Below are positions 27,358 to 37,011 of a DNA stretch of 46,241 nt, one piece after another. Under the pieces are notes generated by a model. It did no database searches, was not told where the DNA came from, and saw nothing but the letters and a program-made list of their open reading frames with translations. Each line of letters opens with the position of its first letter. Position 1 is the first letter of the stretch. The position numbers were made by a program, and so were the translations under genes. This DNA is from Fimbriimonadia bacterium (lineage in GTDB: Bacteria > Armatimonadota > Fimbriimonadia > Fimbriimonadales > JABRVX01), in the NCBI GenBank assembly GCA_041483895.1, contig JBGPGO010000024.1, forward strand, positions 1-46,241, given 5' to 3'.

Positions 27358-29205
27358 ATGGCACGCCAGATTTGGAAGTTCGTTTGGATTAGCATAATCC
27401 TTCTCGTGGCTTCGCCTTGCTTCTCAAAGAGTTACTACGTCCGAACAGGTGGGGACGATTCCATGCCTGGTGACAGTTGGCAGAACGCGAAAAGGACGAT
27501 CTCCGCCGCGTTGGCACCCGCTACCAATGGAAACGACATCGTCTACGTTGCCACCGGCACGTACAACGAATCCCTTCTGATATTGGTCAGTGTGACTGTC
27601 TACGGCGGCTTCAAGGACGACGCATCAGGTTATTGGGATCCAACTCAGTACCCAACGACGGTAACAAGTGGGGGATCCGGAAGGGTGGTTACGGTCGCTG
27701 GCCCTTGGCCGGGACCTGTGGTCCTAAATGGACTCCAAATAACAGGCGGGGTGGCGGGCGTCGGTGCGGGAATCTACGCCGCAAGCGCGCGCATCACCAT
27801 CGAGAATTGCGTTGTAAGCTCAAACCATGGCAGATCGGTGAACACATGCTCGCACCAGGATTATGATGGAATGGGGGGCGGCATCTTTTTGGACGACTGC
27901 ATCGCGACTATTGAAAATTGTCACATCACGAGTTGCAAATGCGGCAGCTATGGCGGTGGCATCGCGTGTTTCGATTCAACGTTATCCGTTGCAAACAGTG
28001 TTGTTAGTGCCAATAGGTGCATTCTGTACGGCTGTGCGAGCTGCGATGACTGCGTTCCTTTCGGCGAGGGAGGCGGGATCTATGCCTCGGGGTCTAGCAT
28101 CACGCTTACAAATAACGAGATCGAGGGCAATCTCTCCGGCTATTTGGGCGGCGGCTTTTGCGGCTCCCTCTCGGACTACGTGCTACACAATAACCGGTTT
28201 TCGCAGAATTCGGGTCTTGGCGGCGCCATGTATCTCGACCAGTGCATCGGCTCCATCGACAGCAATCAGCTCCAGGATAATGAGGGGAATTCTGCGATTG
28301 GAGCTAGCGGTGGAGATATTACTATATCGGACAATCTGGTCATCAAGAATCACGCGTACCGTGGTACCTGCATGCAGCTATATGACATGCAGGTTGCTAT
28401 ACTCAACAACACCTTTTCGTCGAATCTTAATATGGGTGCTGCGGACTGCTTGCGTTGTACTGGACAGTTTGCCAACAATATTTGTCACCAGATGTCTTAC
28501 GCCCTTTGGGAAGATTCGGGCGTTGCCGCCAATAACAACTGCTTCTGGAATCTGATAGGGGCTGCGTATAGAGGCGGCGCGAGCGGACAAAATGATGTTC
28601 TTGACGATCCGCTTTTTACGAATAGTGTGGGCGGCGACTTTTCTCTTGCCACAAATTCTCCATGCGTCGACCGCGGCGACGATTCTGTGCTGTCCAAAAT
28701 TGAGTTGGACATCAATGGCAATGCGCGAAAGATGGGAGCCGCAGTTGATATTGGCGCATACGAGTCCAGCTTTATGCGTATTAGCGGCACTTTCGATTTT
28801 GAATACTATGTCGGTCCCGCGAAACAGAGCGTTGATCTTGGCTTCACAACACCGGGATCGACGGTTCCCTTTGCCACGGAGACTGTGACACTTAACGATT
28901 CCTTAGGGTATACGCTTACGGCGCCATTGGATTGGGGGCTGTTCGATATCGTCGCCTCGCCGATTCCCTGGCTGCGACAGCGGCATGCCATCGATCCGCG
29001 GATGCCTCCATCGTCGGTCGATTTCAATCTCATCAACGGAGACCCGAATACCGACAACGTCGTTGATCTGAAGGACCTAAACCAAATATTCAGCGATTTC
29101 GGGCTGGCTGGTCAACACGCTTCTGACCTTGATGGGAGCGGGATCGTCGATCTTCGGGATTTGAACATCATATTTGGGAATTTCGGCCTTAAGGGTGACC
29201 AGTAG
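27358..29205 (+). CDS. Secreted right-handed beta-helix protein with choice-of-anchor-Q-like segment and C-terminal dockerin-like module
   Basis: YYVRTGGDD...SWQNAKRTI..VATGTY; GGGI/N repeats; FSLATNSPCVDRG..DINGNAR..VDIGAYE; C-terminal NGDPNTDNVVDLKDLNQIF..SDLDGSGIVDLRDLNIIFGNF. Confidence 0.85.
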   Translation: MARQIWKFVWISIILLVASPCFSKSYYVRTGGDDSMPGDSWQNAKRTISAALAPATNGNDIVYVATGTYNESLLILVSVTVYGGFKDDASGYWDPTQYPTTVTSGGSGRVVTVAGPWPGPVVLNGLQITGGVAGVGAGIYAASARITIENCVVSSNHGRSVNTCSHQDYDGMGGGIFLDDCIATIENCHITSCKCGSYGGGIACFDSTLSVANSVVSANRCILYGCASCDDCVPFGEGGGIYASGSSITLTNNEIEGNLSGYLGGGFCGSLSDYVLHNNRFSQNSGLGGAMYLDQCIGSIDSNQLQDNEGNSAIGASGGDITISDNLVIKNHAYRGTCMQLYDMQVAILNNTFSSNLNMGAADCLRCTGQFANNICHQMSYALWEDSGVAANNNCFWNLIGAAYRGGASGQNDVLDDPLFTNSVGGDFSLATNSPCVDRGDDSVLSKIELDINGNARKMGAAVDIGAYESSFMRISGTFDFEYYVGPAKQSVDLGFTTPGSTVPFATETVTLNDSLGYTLTAPLDWGLFDIVASPIPWLRQRHAIDPRMPPSSVDFNLINGDPNTDNVVDLKDLNQIFSDFGLAGQHASDLDGSGIVDLRDLNIIFGNFGLKGDQ

Positions 29206-29242
29206 CGCTGCTGGCCGTCGTGCTAAAATAGGGCCCTCCGGC

Positions 29243-29317
29243 GGGCTCGTAGCTCAGAGGTAGAGCAGGCGGCTCATAACCGCTCGGTCGCAGGTTCAAT
29301 TCCTGCCGGGCCCACCA
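29243..29317 (+). tRNA. tRNA-Ile2 (anticodon CAU, lysidine type); elongator tRNA-Met less likely
   Basis: Cloverleaf GGGCTCG...CGGGCCC-A-CCA, anticodon arm GGCGG-CTCATAA-CCGCT, GGTTCAATTCC T-arm; body closely resembles known ileX-type tRNAs. Confidence 0.9.
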
Positions 29318-29360
29318 TCCCCTTTCCGCAAGGAACTATCGCGGGCGCGGCGTAGATCAA

Positions 29361-29488
29361 AGAAAGGGACCCCTTTTTCAAGCTCAGGGCAGGCTCTTCG
29401 ACAAGCTCAAGGTGACCCGGGATTGTCATGCTCAGCGAAGTCGAAGCATCCCTCTCAGAAAGGGACCCTTCGACAAGCTCAGGGTGAC
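29361..29488. repeat. Cluster of CCCTTCGACAAGCTCAGGGTGAC-type REP elements
   Basis: Three forward copies and one inverted copy (gtcatgctcagcgaagtcgaagcat) downstream of the tRNA. Confidence 0.8.
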
Positions 29489-29525
29489 GGCCCTGGGACT
29501 GTTTGAAGACTTTGGAGGTCGGAAC

Positions 29526-29714
29526 ATGACTACCGAAAGAGCCAGCGAGGTCGCGTCGCGCCTCACCTGCGCCTATATCGAGCGGGCGGAGACCCACCGC
29601 GTCTTTACCGAGAGCGACCATCAGGACAAAGAGAAGTGGCTGGAGGTCGCCGAGTGCATTTCGGCGATGTACAAGAAGATTTTTGCGGCGGTGATGGAGG
29701 GGCGGGAACATTGA
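29526..29714 (+). CDS. Small hypothetical protein (62 aa)
   Basis: GGAGG SD 7 nt upstream of ATG; MTTERASEVASRLTCAYIER...KKIFAAVMEGREH, helical, with genome-like codon usage. Confidence 0.65.
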   Translation: MTTERASEVASRLTCAYIERAETHRVFTESDHQDKEKWLEVAECISAMYKKIFAAVMEGREH

Positions 29715-29724
29715 GGACGGAAAA

Positions 29725-30021
29725 CCCCTTCACAGTGCGACTGTGAAGGGATGGCAGTGCGTCGTCATCCAATGCCTTCACAGTCGCACTGTGAAGGGGC
29801 CGGTACATTAGTGGTTGGGTCTCAGGTTGTGGCGTGCGAAGGGTTGTGGCGGGCGAGGACCCAGCCACAACCGAAAAGAACCCCCACCCAACCCTCCCCC
29901 TTTTTCCGGTTGCGGTGATCGGACGGTGGTTTCCTAGCGGGAAAAAAGGGGAGGGCCTTTTCGCAATACCCTCACCCAACCCTCCCCCTTTTCCAGGCTG
30001 ACGCCTGAAAAAAGGGGAGGG
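29725..30021. repeat. Intergenic repeat cluster: inverted REP-A pair plus two CCCCACCCAACCCTCCCC...GGGGAGGG elements
   Basis: REP-A at 29725-29750 and 29775-29798; second family at ~29881-29955 and ~29969-30021, with enlarged loops. Confidence 0.82.
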
Positions 30022-30033
30022 CTTTCGGACGAT

Positions 30034-31011
30034 TTACCCTAGAACTTCCCGTGCGGCGGCGAGGATGTCTGTCTGCTTCGGGATCGCCACCTGCTCGAGG
30101 TTGGCCGCGTACGGCATCGGGACATTGAGTCCGGCGCAGCGGGCAACCGGTGCATCGAGATCGTCGAAGCAGTTTTCGCCAATTCGCGAAGCAATCTCCG
30201 CGCCAAACCCGCCGGAGCGCCAACCTTCGTACACAACCAACGCCCGATGCGTCTTCCGAACAGATTGAAAAATGGTTTCCGTATCGAGCGGCAGCAGGCT
30301 GCGGACATCGACGACCTCCGCCGATACCCCATCTTGCGAAAGCGTCTCCGCCACCTTGTCGCACTCATGAACCATGCGCGACCATGCAATCAGACTAATA
30401 TCGGTCCCTTCGCGAACGACCTGGGCCTCGCCGAATGGAACAAAAAACTCTTCATCGTCCGGCACCTCGCCCTTCATCGCGTAGAGGCCCGGACTCTCGG
30501 TGAAGATGACCGGATTGTCGTCGCGGATGGCGGTCTTCAGCATCCCCTTCGCATCGCGCGGGTTCGAGGGGCAGACCACCTTCAGTCCCGGCGTGTGCGC
30601 GTAGATGCCCTCCAAAGATTGGCTGTGCTGCGCCGAGAGCTGCTTGCCCGCGCCGCCCGGCCCGCGGATCACGATCGGAACCGAGATCTGCCCACCGGTC
30701 ATGTAGTGAATCTTCGCGGCGTGATTGATGATCTGGTCCATCGCCAAAATCGAAAACGACATGGTCATCATTTCGACAACGGGCCGCAAGCCCATCATCG
30801 CCGCACCAATCGCGATCCCGGTAACGCCCGGTTCGGAAATGGGAGTGTCATATACTCGCGCCTGCTTGAACTGTTCGAATAGCCCAGCCGTCACGCGGAA
30901 CGTGCCTTGGTAGCGACCGATATCCTCACCCATGATGAACACATTTTCGTCCCGCTCGATCTCCTCGATCAGCGCCGTCCGCAGCGCATCGCGATAGGTC
31001 ATCACCGCCAT
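30034..31011 (-). CDS. pdhB: Pyruvate dehydrogenase E1 beta subunit
   Basis: MGEDIG, DTPISE, AQHSQSLE, DAKGMLKTAIRDDNPV, LDAPV motifs; TAATG overlap with pdhA. Confidence 0.95.
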   Translation of the reverse strand: MAVMTYRDALRTALIEEIERDENVFIMGEDIGRYQGTFRVTAGLFEQFKQARVYDTPISEPGVTGIAIGAAMMGLRPVVEMMTMSFSILAMDQIINHAAKIHYMTGGQISVPIVIRGPGGAGKQLSAQHSQSLEGIYAHTPGLKVVCPSNPRDAKGMLKTAIRDDNPVIFTESPGLYAMKGEVPDDEEFFVPFGEAQVVREGTDISLIAWSRMVHECDKVAETLSQDGVSAEVVDVRSLLPLDTETIFQSVRKTHRALVVYEGWRSGGFGAEIASRIGENCFDDLDAPVARCAGLNVPMPYAANLEQVAIPKQTDILAAAREVLG

Positions 31012-32027
31012 TAGTGGCCCTCCTCCGGCATCATGTCCGTGTACACATGCGTGTAGACCTCATCCTCTTCCGGCGCCGGGGAGGCATCGGCAAACGCATA
31101 GGCCTCTTCGGCAATCGCGAGAGCCTCAGCATCCCATTTGTCCAAATCCTTTTGCTTTGCCAGCCCTTCGCCGATCAGATGCTTGGAGAGCAGTGTCACC
31201 GGGTCGCGCTTTTTCCACTCCTCGACCTCTTCATCACTGCGGTACAAACTCTGCGTGTTGTCCGCCGCGCCGTGCCCGGCGAAGCGATAGTTCATCACCT
31301 CAATCAGATACGGCTTTTGCTTTTCTCGGACATAAGCGATGATGCGTTCGGCGTCTTGGCGGACCTGCATAACGTCCATGCCGTCCAATCGCTCGTGCGG
31401 AATCGCAAATCCCGCCGCGCGCTTATGCAGCTCCGGATCGGCGGCGTGATACTCCAATCGCGTCCCCATCGCAAACTGATTGTTTTCGATGATGAATATG
31501 ATGGGCAAATCCCAGAGAGAGGCCATATTCATCGACTCGGCGAACACGCCTGCGTTCACCGAGCCGTCCCCCAGGAAACAGAGGACGATTTGATCGGTCT
31601 GCTTGTATTTGGCGCCGAACGCCAGCCCGACGGCGAGCGGCGTGTGTCCCCCGACGATTCCCCATCCGCCATAGAAACCGATTTTAGGATCGTACAAATG
31701 CATCGATCCACCTTTGCCTTGCGAGCAACCGGTTGACCGTCCGAACAGCTCCGCCATCGCCACTTTCGGGTCCATGCCCAACTGCAGGGCAAGCCCATGG
31801 ATTCGGTACGCGCCGATCACCATGTCATCGCTTCTTAATTGGGAGAGCCAGCCGATGCCGGTCGCTTCCTGCCCTATGTATAGGTGGACGTACCCACCGA
31901 CTTTGCCCGCGCGAAAACCCGCCATCGCCTTCTCCTCAAAGTGTCGAATGAGGAGCATGTCCTTGTAGAATTGCCGTAGCAGTTCGGTTTCGCTGGTCTT
32001 GGTTTTTCCGCTCGCGGATATTGCCAA
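31011..32027 (-). CDS. pdhA: Pyruvate dehydrogenase E1 alpha subunit
   Basis: GYVHLYIGQEA, GKGGSMH, GDG...ENN TPP-binding motif, YRF.GH. Confidence 0.95.
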   Translation of the reverse strand: MAISASGKTKTSETELLRQFYKDMLLIRHFEEKAMAGFRAGKVGGYVHLYIGQEATGIGWLSQLRSDDMVIGAYRIHGLALQLGMDPKVAMAELFGRSTGCSQGKGGSMHLYDPKIGFYGGWGIVGGHTPLAVGLAFGAKYKQTDQIVLCFLGDGSVNAGVFAESMNMASLWDLPIIFIIENNQFAMGTRLEYHAADPELHKRAAGFAIPHERLDGMDVMQVRQDAERIIAYVREKQKPYLIEVMNYRFAGHGAADNTQSLYRSDEEVEEWKKRDPVTLLSKHLIGEGLAKQKDLDKWDAEALAIAEEAYAFADASPAPEEDEVYTHVYTDMMPEEGH

Positions 32028-32038
32028 ATCTGTTCCCC

Positions 32039-35000
32039 CTATGCTGTCGCCGCCGCCTTCTTGATCATCTCCGGCGCCTTTTCCATCGCTTCGAGTATTC
32101 GTTCAATCGAACCAAGCAGCACGTCTTTGGGCCGCCACAAGACCGCTTCCGGACGGATTGTCAAGTCCGGAAACACCTTCGATAGAATTGCTTTGAGCCG
32201 TGCGGAGACGTGGGCGTCGGGACCCATCCGCATTTCGACCGTTCCGTCTTGCATGTCAACCTTGGTCACGCCAACCTTGTGGGCCTTCATCCGAAGCCGC
32301 ATCACTTGGGCCGCAAGGCCGACCTCGGTGGGAGCCGGTCCATACCGATCTTTCAACTCTGATAGTACCTCTTCCAGTTCCTGCTCGGTCCGGGCACTGG
32401 TAAGTCTGCGGTAGATGAACAGTCGTTGGGCCTGATCGCGCACATAGTGGGAGGGGATGTAGGCCGCGATCGGCAGATCGAAGGCAGGGAGGCTGATGAA
32501 GGCATTCTCCAGCGGGACCCCTTGCAGGTCGTTCACCGCGTCGTGGACCATCTGGACGAACATGTCGTACCCGACGGTAATGATGAAGCCATGCTGCTTT
32601 GCGCCCAACAGCTCCCCCGCGCCGCGGATTTGGAGGTCGCGGAACGCGAGTGAATAGCCGGACCCCAGTTCCGAGAATTCTTCAAGCGCTTTGAGGCGCT
32701 GCAGGGCGGTGTCGGTGAGCTGCTTCTCTTTCTTGTACAGCAGATAGGCGTATGCCTGGCGATCCGAGCGCCCGACCCGGCCCCGCAATTGGTAGAGCTG
32801 CGCCAGGCCCAGCCGGTCGGCATTATCCACGATGATAGTGTTGCAGCGAGGAACATCGAGGCCGTTTTCAATGATGGTGGTACAAACAAGAACATCGAAT
32901 TCGCCATGATAGAAGGCCAGCATCACCGCCTCCAATTCCCGTTCGCCCATCTGCCCATGTCCGACGGCAATGCGGGCGGTCGGCACCAATCGAGCGATGT
33001 GATCGGCCACGTGATGGATGCTTTGGACGCGGTTATGAACGTAATAGACCTGGCCGCCGCGACCCACTTCCCGCAAGATGGCTTCGCGCACCACATCGTC
33101 GTTGTAGCTGCGCAGACTGGTCCGGATGGGCAGGCGGCCCGGCGGCGGATCGGTGATGACGGACATCGGTCGGATCTCCATAAGCGCCATGCTGAGGGTG
33201 CGTGGGATCGGGGTTGCGGTCAGGGTCAGCACGTCCACCTGTGCCCGCATCGCCTTAATCGCCTCTTTGTGCATCACTCCGAAGCGCTGCTCCTCATCGA
33301 CGATGAGCATTCCGAGATTGTGAAATTTCACATCTTTGGACAGAATGCGATGGGTGCCGATCAGCACATCGATGTCGCCAAACTCCAATCGCTTGAGAAC
33401 CTCCCTCTGCTGCTTGGCGGTCTTGAAGCGCGAGATGAACTCCAACTTGACCGGATAGGCGGCAAGGCGTTCGCGGAAGGTTTCGTAATGTTGTGTCGCC
33501 AAGATAGTGGTCGGGCATAAGACGGCGACCTGCTTGCCGTCTACCGCCGCCTTGAATGCCGCGCGAACGCCGACTTCCGTCTTACCAAATCCGACGTCAC
33601 CGCACACCAGGCGGTCCATCGGATGATTCTTCTCCATGTCCTCCTTCACTTCGTAGATCGCCCGCAGCTGGCTCGGCGTCTCCACCCAGGGGAAGGTCGC
33701 CTCCATTTCCGCCTGCCACGGGCTGTCCGGAGGAAAAGGGTCTTTAGTCACCTTGGCGCGTGAGGCGTAGATCTTGAGCAGATCTTCGGCCATATCACGG
33801 GCGCCCTGCTTGGCGGACTTTACGGCCTTCGTCCACTCTCCACCATGCAGCCGGTTCACCTTCGGTGGGTCTTCCGAAGGCGCTAAATACTTCTGAATTC
33901 TGTCGAGCTGGTCGACCGGGACGAAGAGCCGATCCGGCGGCGCGTATTCGATCTGGAGAAACTCCCGCTCGATCCCTTCGAATTTGCGCGTCACCAGCCC
34001 GTGGTAGATGCCGATGCCGTAATAGATGTGGACTACGTAGTCGCCTGGCTTGAGGTCCAGCACGGTGGCGATCGGCGAGCCTTCCCGGAATCTCTTTTGC
34101 GGGAGTCGCAGGCGGCCAACGCCGAACAACTCTGCGTCGGTAAGTACTGCGAACTTTTCTGTTTTTAGGATGTAGCCGCCGGCCAGATTCCCGGTCGCGA
34201 GATGGAAGCCGCCGGGCTTCACCTCTGATTCAACCCAAGGCACTTCGAGACCGGTGAGAGCCTGCCGCGCGCGTGTTGGCTGGTCGGTACCGACGACCAC
34301 CGTAAAGCCGGCGTTGAGCCAGTTGTGGATCGTCTCTGCCAGCGTCGCAGCGTGGCTGCGATACGGGGCGAGGCTCGCGATGCCGGCCGTGCGCTGCCTG
34401 GTTCCGGTCAGCCATTCCGCGCCGGATTGGCCGAGCGACATTCCTAAAACGTTTTTGACCTTGCCAAATCGCTCGGCGGGCGCGAAGAACCAGTCCGCCT
34501 CCGCGGAGAGCATCTCCCCTCGCCCGATCCGGGTTTCCAGCGCCGACTGCAATTCCTCGTGAGAGCGGCTGACGTTGACATCAATCTCGAAGGGCTCATC
34601 CAAGACGAGAAGGCCGTCGTCGCCGAGATAGTCCAGAGCGCAGGTGTCGGCATTGTTCAGAAGCGGGCGGTAAAGGTCTTCGCGATCGCTGTACTCGCCC
34701 TCCGTGAGGTTGGCGATGTCGGCCTGTATCGCCTCCTCCAACGTCTCCCGCGCTTCACCGGAAGTGACCGCAAGCTCTCTTTCGAGCCGGTCGGCAAGGA
34801 CCCTTGAAACCGCCTCCCCATGCTCGCCGATCAGGGTCTCCCGTGCAGGCGGGATCGTGATCCGATCGACCTCGCGGACGGAGCGTTGGGATTGTGGGTC
34901 GAATTCGCGCATGCTTTCGATCTCGTCGCCGAAGAATTCTAGGCGTATGGGCAGGCCGCGGCCCATCGGATAGATGTCCACGATGCCGCCGCGCCGGGAA

Positions 35001-35566
35001 AAGCCGCTGGGCATGCGGACCGGCTCCTGCATTTCGTATCCCAATCGCACCAGCTTTCGCAGCAGAAGGTCTAAGTCAATCTCTCCGCCGATACCCAATT
35101 CGATCGTCGCCTTTGCCAGTGTTTCGGGCGGAAGGGTGTATTCCAGCGCGGCGTTCGGGCTGGCGATGGCGATGCACGATTCATCGCCGGCCAATCTGCC
35201 GAGAGCGCCAATTCTTTCGGAGAGGGCATTTAGTTCCGGAGAGGTGTCCTCGAAAAGGGTGCCGGTTCCGCCCGGCAGTTGACAGATCAGCTTTTCCGGC
35301 ACGCCGCAAAGCGCCAGCCGAGCCTGCCATTGTAGGGAAACCTCGTAGGACGAAGTGACGATCAGACACCGCAATATCCCCTCCCCCGCTTGCGGGGGAG
35401 GGCTGGGGTGGGGGCTCTTCCATCGCTCGCCAAACAGTGCGGCAAGCATAGGCGCCCGGGCTTCCAAGCAGAGGTCCTGCCACTCCGAGCGACCCTGAAC
35501 GTCAGACCAAAACACAGATAACCCCGGCAGCCCGCGTAGCTGTCGGGTCCAATCACTAATATGCAT
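32039..35566 (-). CDS. mfd: Transcription-repair coupling factor
   Basis: RGGIVDI, GDYVVH..YGIG, MDRLVCGDVGFGKTEV, DEEQRFGV, TATPIPRT, QLRGRVGRS, DLQIRGAG motifs and a TRCF C-terminus. Confidence 0.98.
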   Translation of the reverse strand: MHISDWTRQLRGLPGLSVFWSDVQGRSEWQDLCLEARAPMLAALFGERWKSPHPSPPPQAGEGILRCLIVTSSYEVSLQWQARLALCGVPEKLICQLPGGTGTLFEDTSPELNALSERIGALGRLAGDESCIAIASPNAALEYTLPPETLAKATIELGIGGEIDLDLLLRKLVRLGYEMQEPVRMPSGFSRRGGIVDIYPMGRGLPIRLEFFGDEIESMREFDPQSQRSVREVDRITIPPARETLIGEHGEAVSRVLADRLERELAVTSGEARETLEEAIQADIANLTEGEYSDREDLYRPLLNNADTCALDYLGDDGLLVLDEPFEIDVNVSRSHEELQSALETRIGRGEMLSAEADWFFAPAERFGKVKNVLGMSLGQSGAEWLTGTRQRTAGIASLAPYRSHAATLAETIHNWLNAGFTVVVGTDQPTRARQALTGLEVPWVESEVKPGGFHLATGNLAGGYILKTEKFAVLTDAELFGVGRLRLPQKRFREGSPIATVLDLKPGDYVVHIYYGIGIYHGLVTRKFEGIEREFLQIEYAPPDRLFVPVDQLDRIQKYLAPSEDPPKVNRLHGGEWTKAVKSAKQGARDMAEDLLKIYASRAKVTKDPFPPDSPWQAEMEATFPWVETPSQLRAIYEVKEDMEKNHPMDRLVCGDVGFGKTEVGVRAAFKAAVDGKQVAVLCPTTILATQHYETFRERLAAYPVKLEFISRFKTAKQQREVLKRLEFGDIDVLIGTHRILSKDVKFHNLGMLIVDEEQRFGVMHKEAIKAMRAQVDVLTLTATPIPRTLSMALMEIRPMSVITDPPPGRLPIRTSLRSYNDDVVREAILREVGRGGQVYYVHNRVQSIHHVADHIARLVPTARIAVGHGQMGERELEAVMLAFYHGEFDVLVCTTIIENGLDVPRCNTIIVDNADRLGLAQLYQLRGRVGRSDRQAYAYLLYKKEKQLTDTALQRLKALEEFSELGSGYSLAFRDLQIRGAGELLGAKQHGFIITVGYDMFVQMVHDAVNDLQGVPLENAFISLPAFDLPIAAYIPSHYVRDQAQRLFIYRRLTSARTEQELEEVLSELKDRYGPAPTEVGLAAQVMRLRMKAHKVGVTKVDMQDGTVEMRMGPDAHVSARLKAILSKVFPDLTIRPEAVLWRPKDVLLGSIERILEAMEKAPEMIKKAAATA
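35378..35415. repeat. REP-like palindrome embedded in-frame in mfd
   Basis: cccctcccccgcttgcgggggagggctggggtgggggc encodes PHPSPPPQAGEG; same family as 140-166 and 29881-30021. Confidence 0.85.
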
Positions 35567-35652
35567 TTGTAGCTAGATTCTACCCATAGAAGCGCCGATT
35601 CCATAGGCCAAGGCCCCGGGGAATCGGTCCCCGGGGCCAATCGGACTATGAA

Positions 35653-36720
35653 TTACCTTGGCTGAATGCCAACGGTTTGGGGGGTTTTGATCTTCAGCCG
35701 CCAGCCGTGGCTGCGACCGGTCAAGCTGTTGTAACCAACGCCACTAATCCAACCGTTGTTGGAGATGTGGGTTGCGCTAATCAGTTTGCTGCCTGGGGCA
35801 AGATAACCGGCGCTGAGATCGGTGAGAGAAAACTTGGCGCCAGCGACGCAGAGAAGTGCGCACTGGATCTGTTGCGATCCGACCATGTGCGAACTATAGC
35901 CGACCACACGGTCACTGTTGTCGAGACTGAGAGCGGCCGACGCGGTGTCGGCCGGCAGGCCGCTGATGGTCTTCATTACGCCGTCATAGAGGAACCCATA
36001 TCCGTTCCTATAGCCGACTACGTGTCCCAAATCATTGACGGCCATTCCTTCACTTCCACCAGGATTGGCGATATCGATGTCTGTAATCGAGTTGCCTTGG
36101 ACCAAGAAAGCGTGCACTGGGCCATCAATGTACAACGAGAACCCGGTGATGAAACCCGTGTTCGAGATGCCCAAGGCCTTTCCGCGGCCGAGCGAGAATG
36201 CCGGCAACGGTATAACCTGTCCGTTCTCAAACTTAACCGCATAGTAGGGAGAGCCGCCTGTCGCAGCGGATTCCCCAACGACCACATCCTGGTCGTTCAT
36301 GGCGTAGCCGAAGGAGCTATAAAGGCCCGGAAGCTTTCCGAGCGGCGTGGCATCCCACCCTCTAATTGAAAGGAACGCCTGCCAGCCTAATCCGAAATTG
36401 CTGAAATCCATTCCGCCTGCGACATGGCAGCTTGAATTGATCGCCCATGCCTCGCCAGGCAGGCCATAACCCATGAGCTTCATTGCTCCCCGGCGATAAG
36501 CATACGGATAGTTCATGCCATCAAGCCCCATGACTGAGCCGGCGACTTCCGCATTAGCATTGACGCAATTCGCGTCGCTGCCCAGACCGTACCAGGTTCC
36601 CATCCACATGAAGTCCGTGACTTCCACAGTCGTAATCGATCCCCAATGGACAGGAATCAGTTGTGCGAAGCAGATCGGAGCGGCGAACAAGAGAACCGTA
36701 CCGATCCAAATGCGCTTCAT
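35653..36720 (-). CDS. Extracellular HAF-repeat protein (paralog 1)
   Basis: Signal peptide MKRIWIG; repeated A.AIN..G.VVG...HAF units; GAGGTG SD. Confidence 0.85.
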   Translation of the reverse strand: MKRIWIGTVLLFAAPICFAQLIPVHWGSITTVEVTDFMWMGTWYGLGSDANCVNANAEVAGSVMGLDGMNYPYAYRRGAMKLMGYGLPGEAWAINSSCHVAGGMDFSNFGLGWQAFLSIRGWDATPLGKLPGLYSSFGYAMNDQDVVVGESAATGGSPYYAVKFENGQVIPLPAFSLGRGKALGISNTGFITGFSLYIDGPVHAFLVQGNSITDIDIANPGGSEGMAVNDLGHVVGYRNGYGFLYDGVMKTISGLPADTASAALSLDNSDRVVGYSSHMVGSQQIQCALLCVAGAKFSLTDLSAGYLAPGSKLISATHISNNGWISGVGYNSLTGRSHGWRLKIKTPQTVGIQPR

Positions 36721-36867
36721 TACATACACCTCGCTTTCGATTGCGAAACTTTCGAATCGCTTTTTTCGTGTATGTACTGTAGCCGTTTTCCTGGCCTCTA
36801 TTCCGCCCTTATTTTAACTGACCTTATTTCTAATGGCATAACCGGATGCACAAGTTTGAAATTCCCG

Positions 36868-36999
36868 CAGATAACCCAAGCAACCCGGATAGCTGGCGAG
36901 CCCAATCAATAACATGCACCGGGAGCTAGATTCTAACCATTGAAGCGCCGGTTCTATAGGCCAGGGCCCCGGGAAATCGGTCCCCGGGGCCAATCGGAC
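36868..36999 (-). pseudogene. Diverged duplicate of the mfd upstream region and first ~17 codons
   Basis: Gap-free 132-bp alignment to 35515-35646, including the ggccccggg..cccggggcc hairpin and TAGAAT -10; encodes VHVIDWARQLSGLLGLS versus Mfd MHISDWTRQLRGLPGLS. Confidence 0.88.
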
Positions 37000-37011
37000 A
37001 GTGCGATGCAA

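Noticed and set aside
29243..29720. tRNA-anchored genomic island or prophage
   Set aside because: No integrase, phage genes or duplicated tRNA 3' end in the window.
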